Part shown: piece by piece, positions 45,439 through 56,018 of the stretch
Layout: every line of letters begins with the position of its first letter
Numbering within the stretch: position 1 is the first letter of the stretch
Assembly: GCA_036963965.1 (NCBI GenBank)
Contig: JBALTE010000011.1
Location: forward strand, 9,150 to 73,149
Reading direction: 5' to 3'
From: Oceanicoccus sp.
Lineage (GTDB): Bacteria > Pseudomonadota > Gammaproteobacteria > Pseudomonadales > Dasaniaceae
DNA length: 64,000 nucleotides
Program-made: the position numbers and the translations under genes
Notes under the pieces: generated by a model
What the model saw: the letters and a program-made list of their open reading frames with translations, nothing else
Told to the model about the DNA's origin: nothing
Database searches by the model: none

Positions 45439-46116
45439 TTAACGCGTCATAGTGTCAATGACACCCAGCAGTTGTTCGACACTGGGTCGAGTTTTGTAAT
45501 CTAAAGAAGTGTGCGCCCATTTCACCACTGAATCTTTATCGACAATGTAGGCAGCAGTGACAGCAATTTTGTGATGATTTCCCCCCGACCATGCTTCCAG
45601 GTCTATACCATATTGTTTATATTTTTCGAAGGTTGCATCATCTACATCTCGAACCACCTCGAAGGCATTGTGCGCGACTAGTTTCGGGTCTGATAACACT
45701 GGAAAGGGAATTTCGTAAGTTCGTTGTGCCAGAGCAGCGCCGTCTGTTTTATCCACGCTGATTAGAACCGGTGTGATATTGCGCTTTTCAAATTCTGGCC
45801 ATGCCTCTGTCAATTGGTGTATCTGAACATTGCAGTAAGGGCACCAGCCGCCGCGATAAAACACAACTAACGTGTCACCCATTGATTGAATATCGTTAAG
45901 TGTCACTGGCTTGTTGTCGTGAGTGTTAATGGAAAAATCCGCTACGGTTGTGCCTACGGCCAGACCGATGTTGTTTTCTCGTGTGCCAAGTTGTTGTTGA
46001 GCGGTAACTGTAAGATTCGGATTCGCCGATGGAATCTTCAGCTCTGCTGTTGCCGTTAGGCTAAACAGTATGAGTTGTAACGCGATGAGTAACGTTCTGG
46101 CTGGGTGATTTAACAT
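45439..46116 (-). CDS. secreted peroxiredoxin-like / redoxin family protein (Cys form)
   Basis: Signal peptide, then VVFYRGGWCPYCNVQIHQL (WCPxC). Confidence 0.8.
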   Translation of the reverse strand: MLNHPARTLLIALQLILFSLTATAELKIPSANPNLTVTAQQQLGTRENNIGLAVGTTVADFSINTHDNKPVTLNDIQSMGDTLVVFYRGGWCPYCNVQIHQLTEAWPEFEKRNITPVLISVDKTDGAALAQRTYEIPFPVLSDPKLVAHNAFEVVRDVDDATFEKYKQYGIDLEAWSGGNHHKIAVTAAYIVDKDSVVKWAHTSLDYKTRPSVEQLLGVIDTMTR

Positions 46117-46297
46117 AATAACCTTCTTAAACGAGTGGGTTTTGACGCTGAGCTAAAAATTGCTGATGACAGAGAGTATTTCGGTCGCCGGAAGTTCTGC
46201 AAATTAACCGTCATTAGGCCTGCTATTCGAGTTCCCCTCGATCTTTCAGTGAGAACGTGTGTTAAAAGTCATCACTGCTGCGGGCGACATCTGAATT

Positions 46298-46329
46298 GAC
46301 CCGCGTCTGCGCTGCTGCAAGCGCGGGTC
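46298..46329 (-). terminator. GC-rich stem-loop downstream of the quinone oxidoreductase gene
   Basis: GACCCGCG (46298-46305) pairs with CGCGGGTC (46322-46329). It lies 16 nt beyond the stop at 46345. Confidence 0.4.
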
Positions 46330-46344
46330 GATAGTGTTTAACGA

Positions 46345-47307
46345 TTAAGGGATCAGAGTTACTCGTCCAACAGCCTTGCGGCTTTCGATAAACTCATGCG
46401 CAGCTGCTGCCTCAGATAGTGGAAATTGTTTGTCCAATACAACCTTAAGTTCACCAGCGGCAATATCAACAATCAATTGTTTAATCATTGTTTGAACACG
46501 GTCAGTGCGAATTTCTGCACCCAGGAAAACTCCATTGATACTTTGATTGCCTCCCATCAGACCACCCAAATCGTATTTAATGACTTCGCGACCGGCGCCA
46601 CCAACAGTGGATAAACGACCACGATAGGCCAAACTGTAAATACTTTTTTGCATGGTGGGGCCACCTACGGGATCCACAATCACGTCTGCACCTTTACCGT
46701 GAGTCAGTTCTTTAACCGCCGCGACCAAATCATCTTCCACGTAGTTAATACCATGATCCATGCCCAAAGCTTGCAATTGCGCGAGCTTTTCACGGCTGGA
46801 TGCGGTGGCAATAACCGTAGCGCCGGCGCGCTTGGCAAGTTGAATAGCGGCCAAACCTACAGCGCTTGCACCTGCTTGTACTAATACCGTTTCTCCGGCT
46901 TTCAGGCGACCATGCTCAAACAGACAGTCATGAGCGGTTCCAAAGGGTACCGGTATTGCTGAACCTACCTGGTAAGTCATTTGGTCAGGAATTTTCCAGG
47001 CGCTGGTCATATGGACCGCGCGTAACTCAGCGTGGGAGCCATCGCCCATCACCGTGGTAACGCGGTCGCCAATAGCGTGACCAACAACGTCGGCACCCAT
47101 TTCGATGATTTCACCGGCAGCTTGATATCCCACGATATGTGGTGTGGTGCGCAGTGGTCCGCCCAGTCGATTCAATGTGTCACCACCTTCGATACTGACA
47201 CATTCAACTTTAATTAAAATGTCTTTCGCTTTAATAACGGGGTCCGGCACATCTTCGTATTTCAATACTGCGGGGGCACCGTTTTCATAATAAACTGCTG
47301 CTTTCAT
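46345..47307 (-). CDS. MDR-family NADPH:quinone oxidoreductase / zinc-type alcohol dehydrogenase-like
   Basis: GETVLVQAGASAVGLAAIQLAK cofactor motif. Length is 320 aa. Confidence 0.85.
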   Translation of the reverse strand: MKAAVYYENGAPAVLKYEDVPDPVIKAKDILIKVECVSIEGGDTLNRLGGPLRTTPHIVGYQAAGEIIEMGADVVGHAIGDRVTTVMGDGSHAELRAVHMTSAWKIPDQMTYQVGSAIPVPFGTAHDCLFEHGRLKAGETVLVQAGASAVGLAAIQLAKRAGATVIATASSREKLAQLQALGMDHGINYVEDDLVAAVKELTHGKGADVIVDPVGGPTMQKSIYSLAYRGRLSTVGGAGREVIKYDLGGLMGGNQSINGVFLGAEIRTDRVQTMIKQLIVDIAAGELKVVLDKQFPLSEAAAAHEFIESRKAVGRVTLIP

Positions 47308-47605
47308 TGTTATGTCCTAGTTACCATATGATAATTTTTAGTGGTTTATATGCAACACAATCTTAACGTTTAGGTTGCGATACTGTACCAGCCCTTATTG
47401 TGATTTGATACGGGTAGGGTGGTCCAAAATTATGCTGAAATAGCTGCGATAACGCACTGTAAAATGCTCCTCAGCGACTTTTCAACAGCGGGGCATGTTA
47501 AAAATACACAGGTTTAGAACGCAGTTAGTAAGGGAATGAATACCCGGGGCAGCACTGTATACTGTCGATGGCGGCCTTAAGAATTAGACTTACAGGACTA
47601 AAATA

Positions 47606-48271
47606 ATGGAAGATATAGATAAGTTTTACAGTGATTCGCAGAAAAAAATTCAAGCGGAGCAAGGTTGTGAAAACCTTGCGAATACAATGGCAACGGCAAT
47701 TGTATTCGAAGACCTTCAGCAAGAGCATAGCCAGTTTATCTCTACCCGGGACTATTTTTTTCTTTCAACGGTAAACGCGAACGGTGAGCCAACGGTGTCA
47801 TATAAAGGCGGTGACCAGGGATTTATTAAGGTCTTGAGCGCTACTAAACTGGTGTTTCCCAGCTACGACGGAAACGGTATGTTCTATTCCATGGGCAACA
47901 TTGCAGAAACGGCAAAAATTGGCATGTTGTTCATCGACATGGAAACCCCCCATAGGGTCCGTTTGCAGGGTACAGCAACAGTAACAAAAGATGCAGGCCT
48001 TATGTCCGAATATCCAGGGGCCAATATGGTCGTAGAAGTGGACGTGACCTCGGTATTCATCAACTGCGCACGATATATTCACAAACATAAACGATTGGAA
48101 ACCTCCAGGTACGTCCCCGACGCCGCTGGAAATCAACCGTTCCCAGCCTGGAAGCGTATTGATTTTCTTCAGGATATTTTACCTGTAGATGATTCCGGCC
48201 GTGCAAATGAGGCCGGTGGAACCATTACTGCAGAGGAGTATCAGGAAAAGCTGGAAAGGGGGGATTCGTAA
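47606..48271 (+). CDS. pyridoxamine 5'-phosphate oxidase-like FMN-binding split-barrel protein
   Basis: FFLSTVNANGEPTVSYKGG...RVRLQGTA pattern. Confidence 0.65.
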   Translation: MEDIDKFYSDSQKKIQAEQGCENLANTMATAIVFEDLQQEHSQFISTRDYFFLSTVNANGEPTVSYKGGDQGFIKVLSATKLVFPSYDGNGMFYSMGNIAETAKIGMLFIDMETPHRVRLQGTATVTKDAGLMSEYPGANMVVEVDVTSVFINCARYIHKHKRLETSRYVPDAAGNQPFPAWKRIDFLQDILPVDDSGRANEAGGTITAEEYQEKLERGDS

Positions 48272-48510
48272 ACCTTAGTCGGCAGTGTTTGGGCATATCA
48301 GGTGTGATCAGACGGCGTGGTTCTGACAGTCTATACTCTGATAGCAAAGCGATGGCCGAATTGTCGATGGGATTGACGTTTTTGCCCAAATTATTGAGTT
48401 ACCACGCACAAGTTGCACCGTGGCGCAGATTGTTGAGGATTTGTGACATGGCCAGCAAATTTTAGGCGTGTTATTCAAGCCATATTGACTAATCCATCTA
48501 TACTCATGAC

Positions 48511-51219
48511 ATGAATCTAATAGCTAATATCGAGGGGAATTTAGTGGCTGGAGCTACATCCAACCAATTACCATACGGCGAAACACTGACCTTGGTGTCT
48601 GTATACGAAATGGAATGTCCGTTGGACATCAACATGGAGGCGAGTGTACAAGCAGAAGCTATTGTTTCTCAGGCGGTATTAACTGATGTGAATGCTGTTA
48701 CTGGTGAAAGAATGGGGTATGAGAACCCGGAACAATTTCACGGTTTCACCATGGAACAGATTGCAGTGCAACTGGATTTTGGCAAAGGCTTACCTGACCC
48801 ACGTAAAAATCTGGTGGAGAGGATGGAACGCTTTGTAATTAACGGCTATTCCCTGGAAAACACTGTCACCAGTTGGCCGTCGCTCGATGAAGAAATGGTA
48901 TTCAAAACAACATACCATGGGTTAGTGAAAAACGGGAAGCTGTGCAAAATTTTGTCCCTACACCGTGACGAAAATGATCGGCGTATTCAAGACCGATTGG
49001 TGTCTGAAATAGCCCAGGATCTCGCCACCAGTACGGAAGATGATTTATTCGTAAACCTCACGAAAAAACTGTCAAAAACACTCAATGCCAGCTATTCAAC
49101 GGTTGCAGAGCTGCGACCTAATGACGATGGTCAAATATACAAATGGACACTCTACGATAACCTTCAAAATGAATGCAGGGTTGGTAGTGAAACATTCTCA
49201 ATTCTTGACTCCGTCCTTCACAAGGTTTCACAAGGCGAGACTGTTGTTATCGGCCGCGGTGCAGCAGACCTTTTTGTCGGAATTGATCTACTTAAACGGT
49301 TAAATGTTCAAAGCCTGATTGCCGTTCCGGTGTTGGGGTTAAAGGGTAAGCTTTTAGGGTTGCTTATGCTCATGGGCGACGAGCAGGTTCTCGGCGTGGA
49401 ACTAGTGCGCTCGGTACTGACTATATTCTCAATCCGTGTAGCTGCTGAAATCGAGCGTACAAGGGCGGAAACGGAACGCCAAGCTAATGCCTTACAGCAG
49501 CAGGCATTTATCGAAAATAGCAATAGTGGGATGTGCGTGATTACATGCGATCCGCCAATGCCGATCAGTTTGTCAGTGCCAAAACAGGTTATGTGGCTGA
49601 GTGAAAATGCTCAATTTTCTGAATGTAACAATGCGCTGGTCGACCAGCTGGGATCCGAGTCGAGAGAGGCGATAATCGGTCACACATTGGTCGGCGATAC
49701 AGTGCAGTTTGATTATGCTACCCACATCAGACAATTTATTGGTGACGCCTATTTCGCCCAAGATTATGAAATACAGTTGGTATCGGTCGAAGGAGAACTG
49801 AAATGGTTGTCGGTAAATCTCTCCAGCGAAATAGTAGATGGGTATTTAGTGAAGGTTTTTGGTGTCCTGTCTGACATAAGCGAGCGCGTGCGTTATTCGC
49901 GGGAAATGGAACATAGAGCCAATCACGATGGATTAACGGGCTTGCCCAATCGCAGCTACTTTGTTGAACAGGTGGAAACGTTATTGGAGCGATCGAATGA
50001 CAGCAGTAAACATGCATTGTTGTTGCTGGATTTAGATGGATTTAAAGAAGTTAACGATACTTTAGGTCACGAAACGGGCGACTTTTTGCTGCAGCAAATT
50101 GGCCCCAGAGCCCATGATGTTTTATCGAAGGCAAAAACGACATTCGCCCGGCTTGGAGGCGATGAATTTGCTGTGTTATTTGAAGATTGTGGCGATGTGA
50201 CGTCGGTTGAGGCAATGGCTGCCGAATTAATGGCCGAGATTCGCTCACCGTTTTCAATCAAAGAACTGGAATTAGTGGTGGGAGGCAGTGTTGGTATCGC
50301 GATTTATCCGCAACATGGCAACACAGTATCATCTCTGATGCGATGTGCCGATATTGCAATGTATCAAGCCAAGCAGTTTTCTGAGGATTACAAAATTTAT
50401 AACAGTGATAGCGATCACTACACGTTGCGTCGCCTTTCACTGATGATGGATATCCGCCAGGCCGTTACAAATGATGAACTGCGACTTTTTTACCAGCCGA
50501 TAGTCAACATTGAAGACCAAAGTGTCATTGGTTTCGAGGCTCTAATTCGGTGGTATCATCCAGAAATGGGCCTGTTATCGCCGGGAGAATTTATCCCGCT
50601 GATAGAGCTCACTGACACTATTATGCCTGTTACCTGGTGGGTGGTGGAAACTGCGGTTAAGCAACTTGCAGAGTGGCAAGCGATGAATTGGGATTATCGT
50701 TTATCCGTGAATGTTTCAACGCGTAATTTGGTCGACAACGGATTTGTTAGTTTTATAGAAAACTGTCTGCAGAGTTATGGTGTAGATGGGCACTTGTTGG
50801 AGATCGAAATTACCGAAAGCACACTGATGTCGGACCCGGAAAAAGCGAGAACGGTGTTGCAATCAATCGCCGAATTAGGCGTGTTGATTTCCATCGACGA
50901 TTACGGCACGGGTTATTCTTCACTGGCTTACTTAAAAAGCTTGCCTATTGACACATTGAAAATTGATCGTACGTTTATTAGTCAAATGCTTGTGGATAGC
51001 CAGGATGAGATTATTGTTAAATCAACAATCCAGTTAGCCCATAACCTGGGCCTAAATGTGACTGCTGAAGGTATAGAGGACGTTACGCTAATCGGGCGGT
51101 TGTCTGAACTGGGTTGTGATAAAGGGCAAGGTTTTTTCTTCTGTAAACCTTTACCACTCGAAGATTTGGTCGAATGGATTCCGCTTCATCAGCAACGTAT
51201 AACCGGGGGTGGCAGTTAG
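48511..51219 (+). CDS. multidomain c-di-GMP signalling protein (unknown N-terminal region, GAF-like, PAS-like, GGDEF, EAL)
   Basis: RLGGDEFAV (GGDEF) and EALIRW...DDYGTGYSSL...KIDR...EGIE (EAL) motifs. Length is 902 aa. Confidence 0.9.
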   Translation: MNLIANIEGNLVAGATSNQLPYGETLTLVSVYEMECPLDINMEASVQAEAIVSQAVLTDVNAVTGERMGYENPEQFHGFTMEQIAVQLDFGKGLPDPRKNLVERMERFVINGYSLENTVTSWPSLDEEMVFKTTYHGLVKNGKLCKILSLHRDENDRRIQDRLVSEIAQDLATSTEDDLFVNLTKKLSKTLNASYSTVAELRPNDDGQIYKWTLYDNLQNECRVGSETFSILDSVLHKVSQGETVVIGRGAADLFVGIDLLKRLNVQSLIAVPVLGLKGKLLGLLMLMGDEQVLGVELVRSVLTIFSIRVAAEIERTRAETERQANALQQQAFIENSNSGMCVITCDPPMPISLSVPKQVMWLSENAQFSECNNALVDQLGSESREAIIGHTLVGDTVQFDYATHIRQFIGDAYFAQDYEIQLVSVEGELKWLSVNLSSEIVDGYLVKVFGVLSDISERVRYSREMEHRANHDGLTGLPNRSYFVEQVETLLERSNDSSKHALLLLDLDGFKEVNDTLGHETGDFLLQQIGPRAHDVLSKAKTTFARLGGDEFAVLFEDCGDVTSVEAMAAELMAEIRSPFSIKELELVVGGSVGIAIYPQHGNTVSSLMRCADIAMYQAKQFSEDYKIYNSDSDHYTLRRLSLMMDIRQAVTNDELRLFYQPIVNIEDQSVIGFEALIRWYHPEMGLLSPGEFIPLIELTDTIMPVTWWVVETAVKQLAEWQAMNWDYRLSVNVSTRNLVDNGFVSFIENCLQSYGVDGHLLEIEITESTLMSDPEKARTVLQSIAELGVLISIDDYGTGYSSLAYLKSLPIDTLKIDRTFISQMLVDSQDEIIVKSTIQLAHNLGLNVTAEGIEDVTLIGRLSELGCDKGQGFFFCKPLPLEDLVEWIPLHQQRITGGGS

Positions 51220-51269
51220 TAACCCCTTTCATAACAGCCATTGACGCAACGAATAGCAGGCATAAAAAA

Positions 51270-51284
51270 GCGCCCTGAGGGCGC
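51270..51284 (-). terminator. short GC hairpin with a flanking A/T run
   Basis: AAAAAA-GCGCCC-TGA-GGGCGC-TAAAAA. Read on the minus strand, the stem is followed by TTTTTT. It lies between convergent genes. Confidence 0.55.
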
Positions 51285-51435
51285 TAAAAAGTGTTTATGT
51301 CTGAGACCGAGGATGGTGCATGTTTCAGTGGTTACGGATTATTTGGCAGGGTAGCGAAAAAACGTGTAACTACCTAGAAACCTCTTGTGATACTTACTCA
51401 GCAAAGTGAGTTTTGGATCAAAAAGAAGGAAAACT

Positions 51436-51915
51436 TTATTTAACAACACCCTGGGATCTTAGTTCAGTAATCAGGTTTTTTAGCCTGCGAGCATTTGCGC
51501 CCAAGTCTGAATAGCCTAAGCGAGATGCAGACCTCATAGCAAGACGATTATTTTCGGTATCCAGGTAAATTTCAAGGTCATCGGTAAAGCGAAACAACCA
51601 GCTGTGTGATTCTGCGCGTAGATGGTAATTGTGTTCATAAGTTAGTGTTGTTCGAGGCAGCGCAACCACAGCGGCGACAACGGCTGGCCATGCTTGTGCC
51701 GGCGTTACCTTTAGTGTCGGAGCATCCATACCGTGAATAGACGACTGTTCCTCGGTACTTACACAGTTAGGTGATGCCGGGCATAATGCCAACTTCGGGC
51801 GCCCCTCTGTATTGCTCTGTGGTTGTTCGGCTTGACCAGAGCACCCAGCCAATAATAAAGATACAAGTATGCTAATTAACGCACCTGCTAAAGCTCTAGA
51901 TCCAGAATATGTCAC
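51436..51915 (-). CDS. DUF1499-like lipoprotein
   Basis: Lipobox LLAGC and the CPASPNCVS motif. Confidence 0.65.
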   Translation of the reverse strand: MTYSGSRALAGALISILVSLLLAGCSGQAEQPQSNTEGRPKLALCPASPNCVSTEEQSSIHGMDAPTLKVTPAQAWPAVVAAVVALPRTTLTYEHNYHLRAESHSWLFRFTDDLEIYLDTENNRLAMRSASRLGYSDLGANARRLKNLITELRSQGVVK

Positions 51916-52033
51916 CGCTAACTCCTTTAAAATTACCTTTCAGCAGCTATTCACAACTTGCCAACTTGGCCTATGATAGCAGTGACGCAATAAAAATGAT
52001 TGGGCGTTAATCCATTAAGCTCAAATTAGGCAA

Positions 52034-52450
52034 ATGCGTATGAATATTGGCAGTTTCACAGGAAAGAACCTGTACAAAAATATAGTCAAAATAGTGTTAC
52101 TGAGCGGTTTCGCATCACTAGTATTAACGGCTTGTGATGCGACAGAAACGTCTGAAGCGCCCGCAAAAACTGAGCTCCCAGTAGTGACAGTCGTTAACGA
52201 AGACAGGGCCGAGGGTGAAGATAAGGAATACAGCCCGCCTTTAGACCTCCGTGTGAAGTCAGATTCAGCATTTACCGCTGATGGCGATGAAGATTTTTCC
52301 AGCAGTGGAAAACATCACAATTTTTTTGATACAACAGCTAAAGAAGAAAGTGTATCCGTTAGCGGAAAACCCTTAATAGATACGACCAACCCGGACTATG
52401 TGGATTCTGTGCAGGGTGCGGAGATCTCGGTCGACGTGAAAATTCAATAG
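52034..52450 (+). CDS. hypothetical acidic lipoprotein
   Basis: Lipobox LVLTAC. Low-complexity acidic mature part. Confidence 0.55.
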   Translation: MRMNIGSFTGKNLYKNIVKIVLLSGFASLVLTACDATETSEAPAKTELPVVTVVNEDRAEGEDKEYSPPLDLRVKSDSAFTADGDEDFSSSGKHHNFFDTTAKEESVSVSGKPLIDTTNPDYVDSVQGAEISVDVKIQ

Positions 52451-52496
52451 CTAAACCTGAGAGCAGACTACAAACACCATCTCGCTAGGATTATTT

Positions 52497-53957
52497 ATGC
52501 CAGCTAATACGCGTACCCATGTTCCATTTCTGGCAAAAATGGAATATGCCTGTGGAAGTTTGGGCGAAGGTTTTGTTAATTATGCCATTTCTGCATTTGT
52601 AGTCGCCTATTATACTCAGGCTTTTGGCTTGTCGGGAACGCTTGCAGGTGCCGCTTTCTTTGTAACTCTTGTGTTTGATGCAATTTCCGACCCGTGGATA
52701 GGGGCATGGTCAGATAGATTCCAGTCAAAATTAGGTAGGCGTCATCCCTTTATATTTATATCTGCGATCCCTGTCGGCGCGACATTCTATTGCATCTACA
52801 TGCCACCTGATTTTGTCAGAGGAGCTAGTCTCGACCCGGGTTTTTTCGGTTATAGTATCCGTGAATGTTTGTTGTTCAGTTGGCTTTTTGTGTTTGCGTC
52901 GCTCTTTAAAATTTTCCTGACTGCGTATCATGTTCCACATCTTGCGCTGGGTTCGGAGCTGTCTGGAGACTATCTCGAGAGAACAAGAGTCTTACGCTGG
53001 AATCAGTTGGCGGTTTTTTGGGGGAGCGCAATGCTCTCTTTTTCGTTCTATGGAATCTATTTCCCGGACAATGCCATTGCCAAAGAGCACGATGCAACGT
53101 TTTTTGCAATCAGTGTGTCTCTCGTAGCGACGTCTCTAATTCTAATAAGTGCCTACCTTACGCGCGATCAGATTCAGTATTTACCTCAGCCGAATGACAA
53201 TTTGCCCAAATTCACATTTCGGCAATTTCTTACCGAGTTCTGGCAAGCACTTAATAATAAAAACTATCTTTTTTTGTTGGGGGGGTATTTTTTTATCGCG
53301 CCTTTAACCGGGGTGCGTGAAGTTATGCACTACCAAATGAATATTCATTATTGGGAGCTGCCAACTTCATTGATTAAGTGGATTTCTTTATCCAATATCC
53401 CCATTTTTTTGGTCGTCGCATTGATGATTCCATTTTTTCATGAGCGTTTTGAAAAAAGCAAAACTATGGTGATTGGGATAAGTCTACTAGCATTTTCATC
53501 GGCGACTCCCGTTTTATTACGATCCTTTTTTATCTTTCCTGAAAATGGTTCATTTTTCTTGTTCCCAACCATATTGCTGTTTAACTGGCTATTTTATGGT
53601 GGCTTTCTGATGGTTTCAATATCAGTTTACTCAGCGCTCGGTGATGTTACCGATGAGCACGAACTAAAAACAGGTCGTCGAATGGAGGGTATTTTTTATT
53701 CAGCGAGAACTTTCTTTGGAAAGGTCACTATAGGAATGGGAGCGTTAATCGGAGGTATTGCTATCGATGTTATCGGGTTTCCCTCCCAGGCAATTGTAGG
53801 GGAGGTCGATGCTGATGTTATCTTTAGCCTTGGTATTGTCGAGGGGCCACTGGCCTCGATCCCTCTAATTGGTGCGATAATTTGTTACGGTTCATACAGT
53901 TTAAGCAGATCTCGGCAAGTTGATATTCAAAAGCAGTTACAAACGAAAAAAAAATAG
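52497..53957 (+). CDS. MFS/GPH-family (MelB-like) cation symporter
   Basis: About 12 TM spans and the GPH-type motif DAISDPWIGAWSDR in loop 2-3. Confidence 0.8.
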   Translation: MPANTRTHVPFLAKMEYACGSLGEGFVNYAISAFVVAYYTQAFGLSGTLAGAAFFVTLVFDAISDPWIGAWSDRFQSKLGRRHPFIFISAIPVGATFYCIYMPPDFVRGASLDPGFFGYSIRECLLFSWLFVFASLFKIFLTAYHVPHLALGSELSGDYLERTRVLRWNQLAVFWGSAMLSFSFYGIYFPDNAIAKEHDATFFAISVSLVATSLILISAYLTRDQIQYLPQPNDNLPKFTFRQFLTEFWQALNNKNYLFLLGGYFFIAPLTGVREVMHYQMNIHYWELPTSLIKWISLSNIPIFLVVALMIPFFHERFEKSKTMVIGISLLAFSSATPVLLRSFFIFPENGSFFLFPTILLFNWLFYGGFLMVSISVYSALGDVTDEHELKTGRRMEGIFYSARTFFGKVTIGMGALIGGIAIDVIGFPSQAIVGEVDADVIFSLGIVEGPLASIPLIGAIICYGSYSLSRSRQVDIQKQLQTKKK

Positions 53958-54086
53958 AGTCAGTGAGTTCGATGTCACTATGATCGGTTTGTTATATGGC
54001 CTGGCATTTTACAAATGTTATGTAAACGGCCACATAATCATATCATTCAAATATACATTTTCGTTGTAGTTTATCTTGCTACCTTT

Positions 54087-55133
54087 TTAGTGCTCGGCTG
54101 CGAGCTGTAGGGTTAGTTCCTTTGCAGAAATTTCTTTACACCCAGATGTGTTTTGCCCGCTCCATAGTGGTGAAAAATCATCAGACCCTAGCTTTTCTGC
54201 ATGGGAACGTAATTGCGTCATTTCAATTGACGCGTAAGGGAAGGTTGGTGCGAGTGGGTTCATATACCCTAATTCTTTCATCGCCCGATTGACAATTCCC
54301 CGTGCTGGCTTGCCGGAAAAAACATTAGTAAGTGCAGTGTGTTGAGACTTGAAATTCTTAAGTGCCAAACGATGTAATTGCGATGTGTTGGCTTCTGTAC
54401 ACAGTAAATAGGCAGTACCAATTTGTACGCCGCCAGCGCCAAGTAGCATGGCTGCGTTCACGCCTTTGCTATCTCCTATACCACCTGCGGCAATAACGGG
54501 TACGCCGACTCGGCTGGCAAGTTGCGGGACTAAAACTGATACTCCCATCTGAGTGGTAATGTCATCCGATAGAAACATGCCTCGATGGCCTCCCGCCTCA
54601 CAACCCTGAGCAATGATTCCATCAACACCTTTCGATTCCAGCCAGAGGGCTTCGTTAATGGTTGTTGCTGACGAAACAACTTTCGTCCCCCATGTTTTTA
54701 TCCGAGCAAGTAATTCTTTATCGGGTAGACCAAAATGAAAGCTAATAAATTCAGGGCAAAATGGTTCGATTGCATCCGCAATATCGTGATTGAATGGTAC
54801 TCGGTTTGCGCTATTACCCAGACTTTCACAGGCAGCACCCAACTCAGTAAAATATGGCCTTAACTGATCTTGCCATTTTGACTGCCGTTTTTCGTCATAA
54901 TCTGGTAAGTCATGACAGAAGAAATTGAGATTGTAGGGTTTGTTTGTTGCTTCTCTAATGATTCTGATTTCACTGACAATTTTGTCAATACTTAACATCC
55001 CGCAAGGTAGAGAGCCGAGGCCGCCAGCCTCACTAACAGCAATCGCCAACGCACTGTCTTGAACGCCTGCCATTGGGGCCTGAATAATGGGGAGCTTCGT
55101 TCCAAGTAAGCTGCGGATGTCTAGGTTGTTCAT
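54087..55133 (-). CDS. nitronate monooxygenase / NAD(P)H-dependent flavin oxidoreductase (NMO family)
   Basis: IIQAPMAGV, GIIAQGCEAGGH and VIAAGGIGD motifs. Confidence 0.85.
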   Translation of the reverse strand: MNNLDIRSLLGTKLPIIQAPMAGVQDSALAIAVSEAGGLGSLPCGMLSIDKIVSEIRIIREATNKPYNLNFFCHDLPDYDEKRQSKWQDQLRPYFTELGAACESLGNSANRVPFNHDIADAIEPFCPEFISFHFGLPDKELLARIKTWGTKVVSSATTINEALWLESKGVDGIIAQGCEAGGHRGMFLSDDITTQMGVSVLVPQLASRVGVPVIAAGGIGDSKGVNAAMLLGAGGVQIGTAYLLCTEANTSQLHRLALKNFKSQHTALTNVFSGKPARGIVNRAMKELGYMNPLAPTFPYASIEMTQLRSHAEKLGSDDFSPLWSGQNTSGCKEISAKELTLQLAAEH

Positions 55134-55145
55134 AATTGATCTCCT

Positions 55146-55553
55146 TTAGAGTGAATATTGAGCCAATAAAACCAGTATCAACATGATGTGAGGAAAAGCC
55201 ACTGTAGGACGAACTGATTGGCGGAGATACTCACCAATCAGAGATACCCCATACAAACGTGTCCTTTGGTATTCACTGTTAAATTGAAATGCACTCGCTT
55301 CGCTTCTTTCCAAAATATATTTTTCGACCTGTAATAGCCGTTGTTCTAATCGTGACTGGAAGGTCTTCCAAATGGCATCCTGGAGCCAGAGTACAACTAA
55401 TACCAGGACGAAAGAAATGTTTATCGTGCCCGTTATCTCGACCACCAACACCGCAATAATACTGAGTAGTTTTATATAGAGGGAGTGTTTCTCATAGCTA
55501 TCAAACTGATTTTGAAGTAAGCGCCATTCGTGTTCAAATTTTTGTGTTTCCAT
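55146..55553 (-). CDS. hypothetical membrane protein
   Basis: Three hydrophobic spans. It sits 12 nt upstream of the NMO gene on the same strand. Confidence 0.5.
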   Translation of the reverse strand: METQKFEHEWRLLQNQFDSYEKHSLYIKLLSIIAVLVVEITGTINISFVLVLVVLWLQDAIWKTFQSRLEQRLLQVEKYILERSEASAFQFNSEYQRTRLYGVSLIGEYLRQSVRPTVAFPHIMLILVLLAQYSL

Positions 55554-56018
55554 CTGTTACTGTTACCCTTGCAATGTTATTTATTCGTTAATCTAGAAGT
55601 CTTCTCGTCATATTGCGATAGCCATTATCATAAGCGCAACAGCAGCAGTTTTTAGGCATTTTTTGTGGCAAGCCCCACTAACAATACGATAGGGGGTTAC
55701 CCGTATCCACTGCAATAACCGATCGTTTTTCTCTCTTGATCATAAGTGTCTTTTCAAATAAATCAATCACTTACGCATTTTTCATCCGTTACCTAACGCC
55801 CAGAGGTACTATTTTCGATAGTTGCAGTGCGAGACTGAAAACTATATCGGGAAACTGCATAGTTATCCCGATACATCTACGGTTAATTGCCTGTGCGCAT
55901 CGGAGCCCGAGGTATAACTTGATTTTTGAAGACGATAAAATGCTCTGACCTGTTTTCCGTTTTTTGATACTATGCCTTCCCGGTCATGATGTGCACAACT
56001 GGTAACATAGAGAATGGT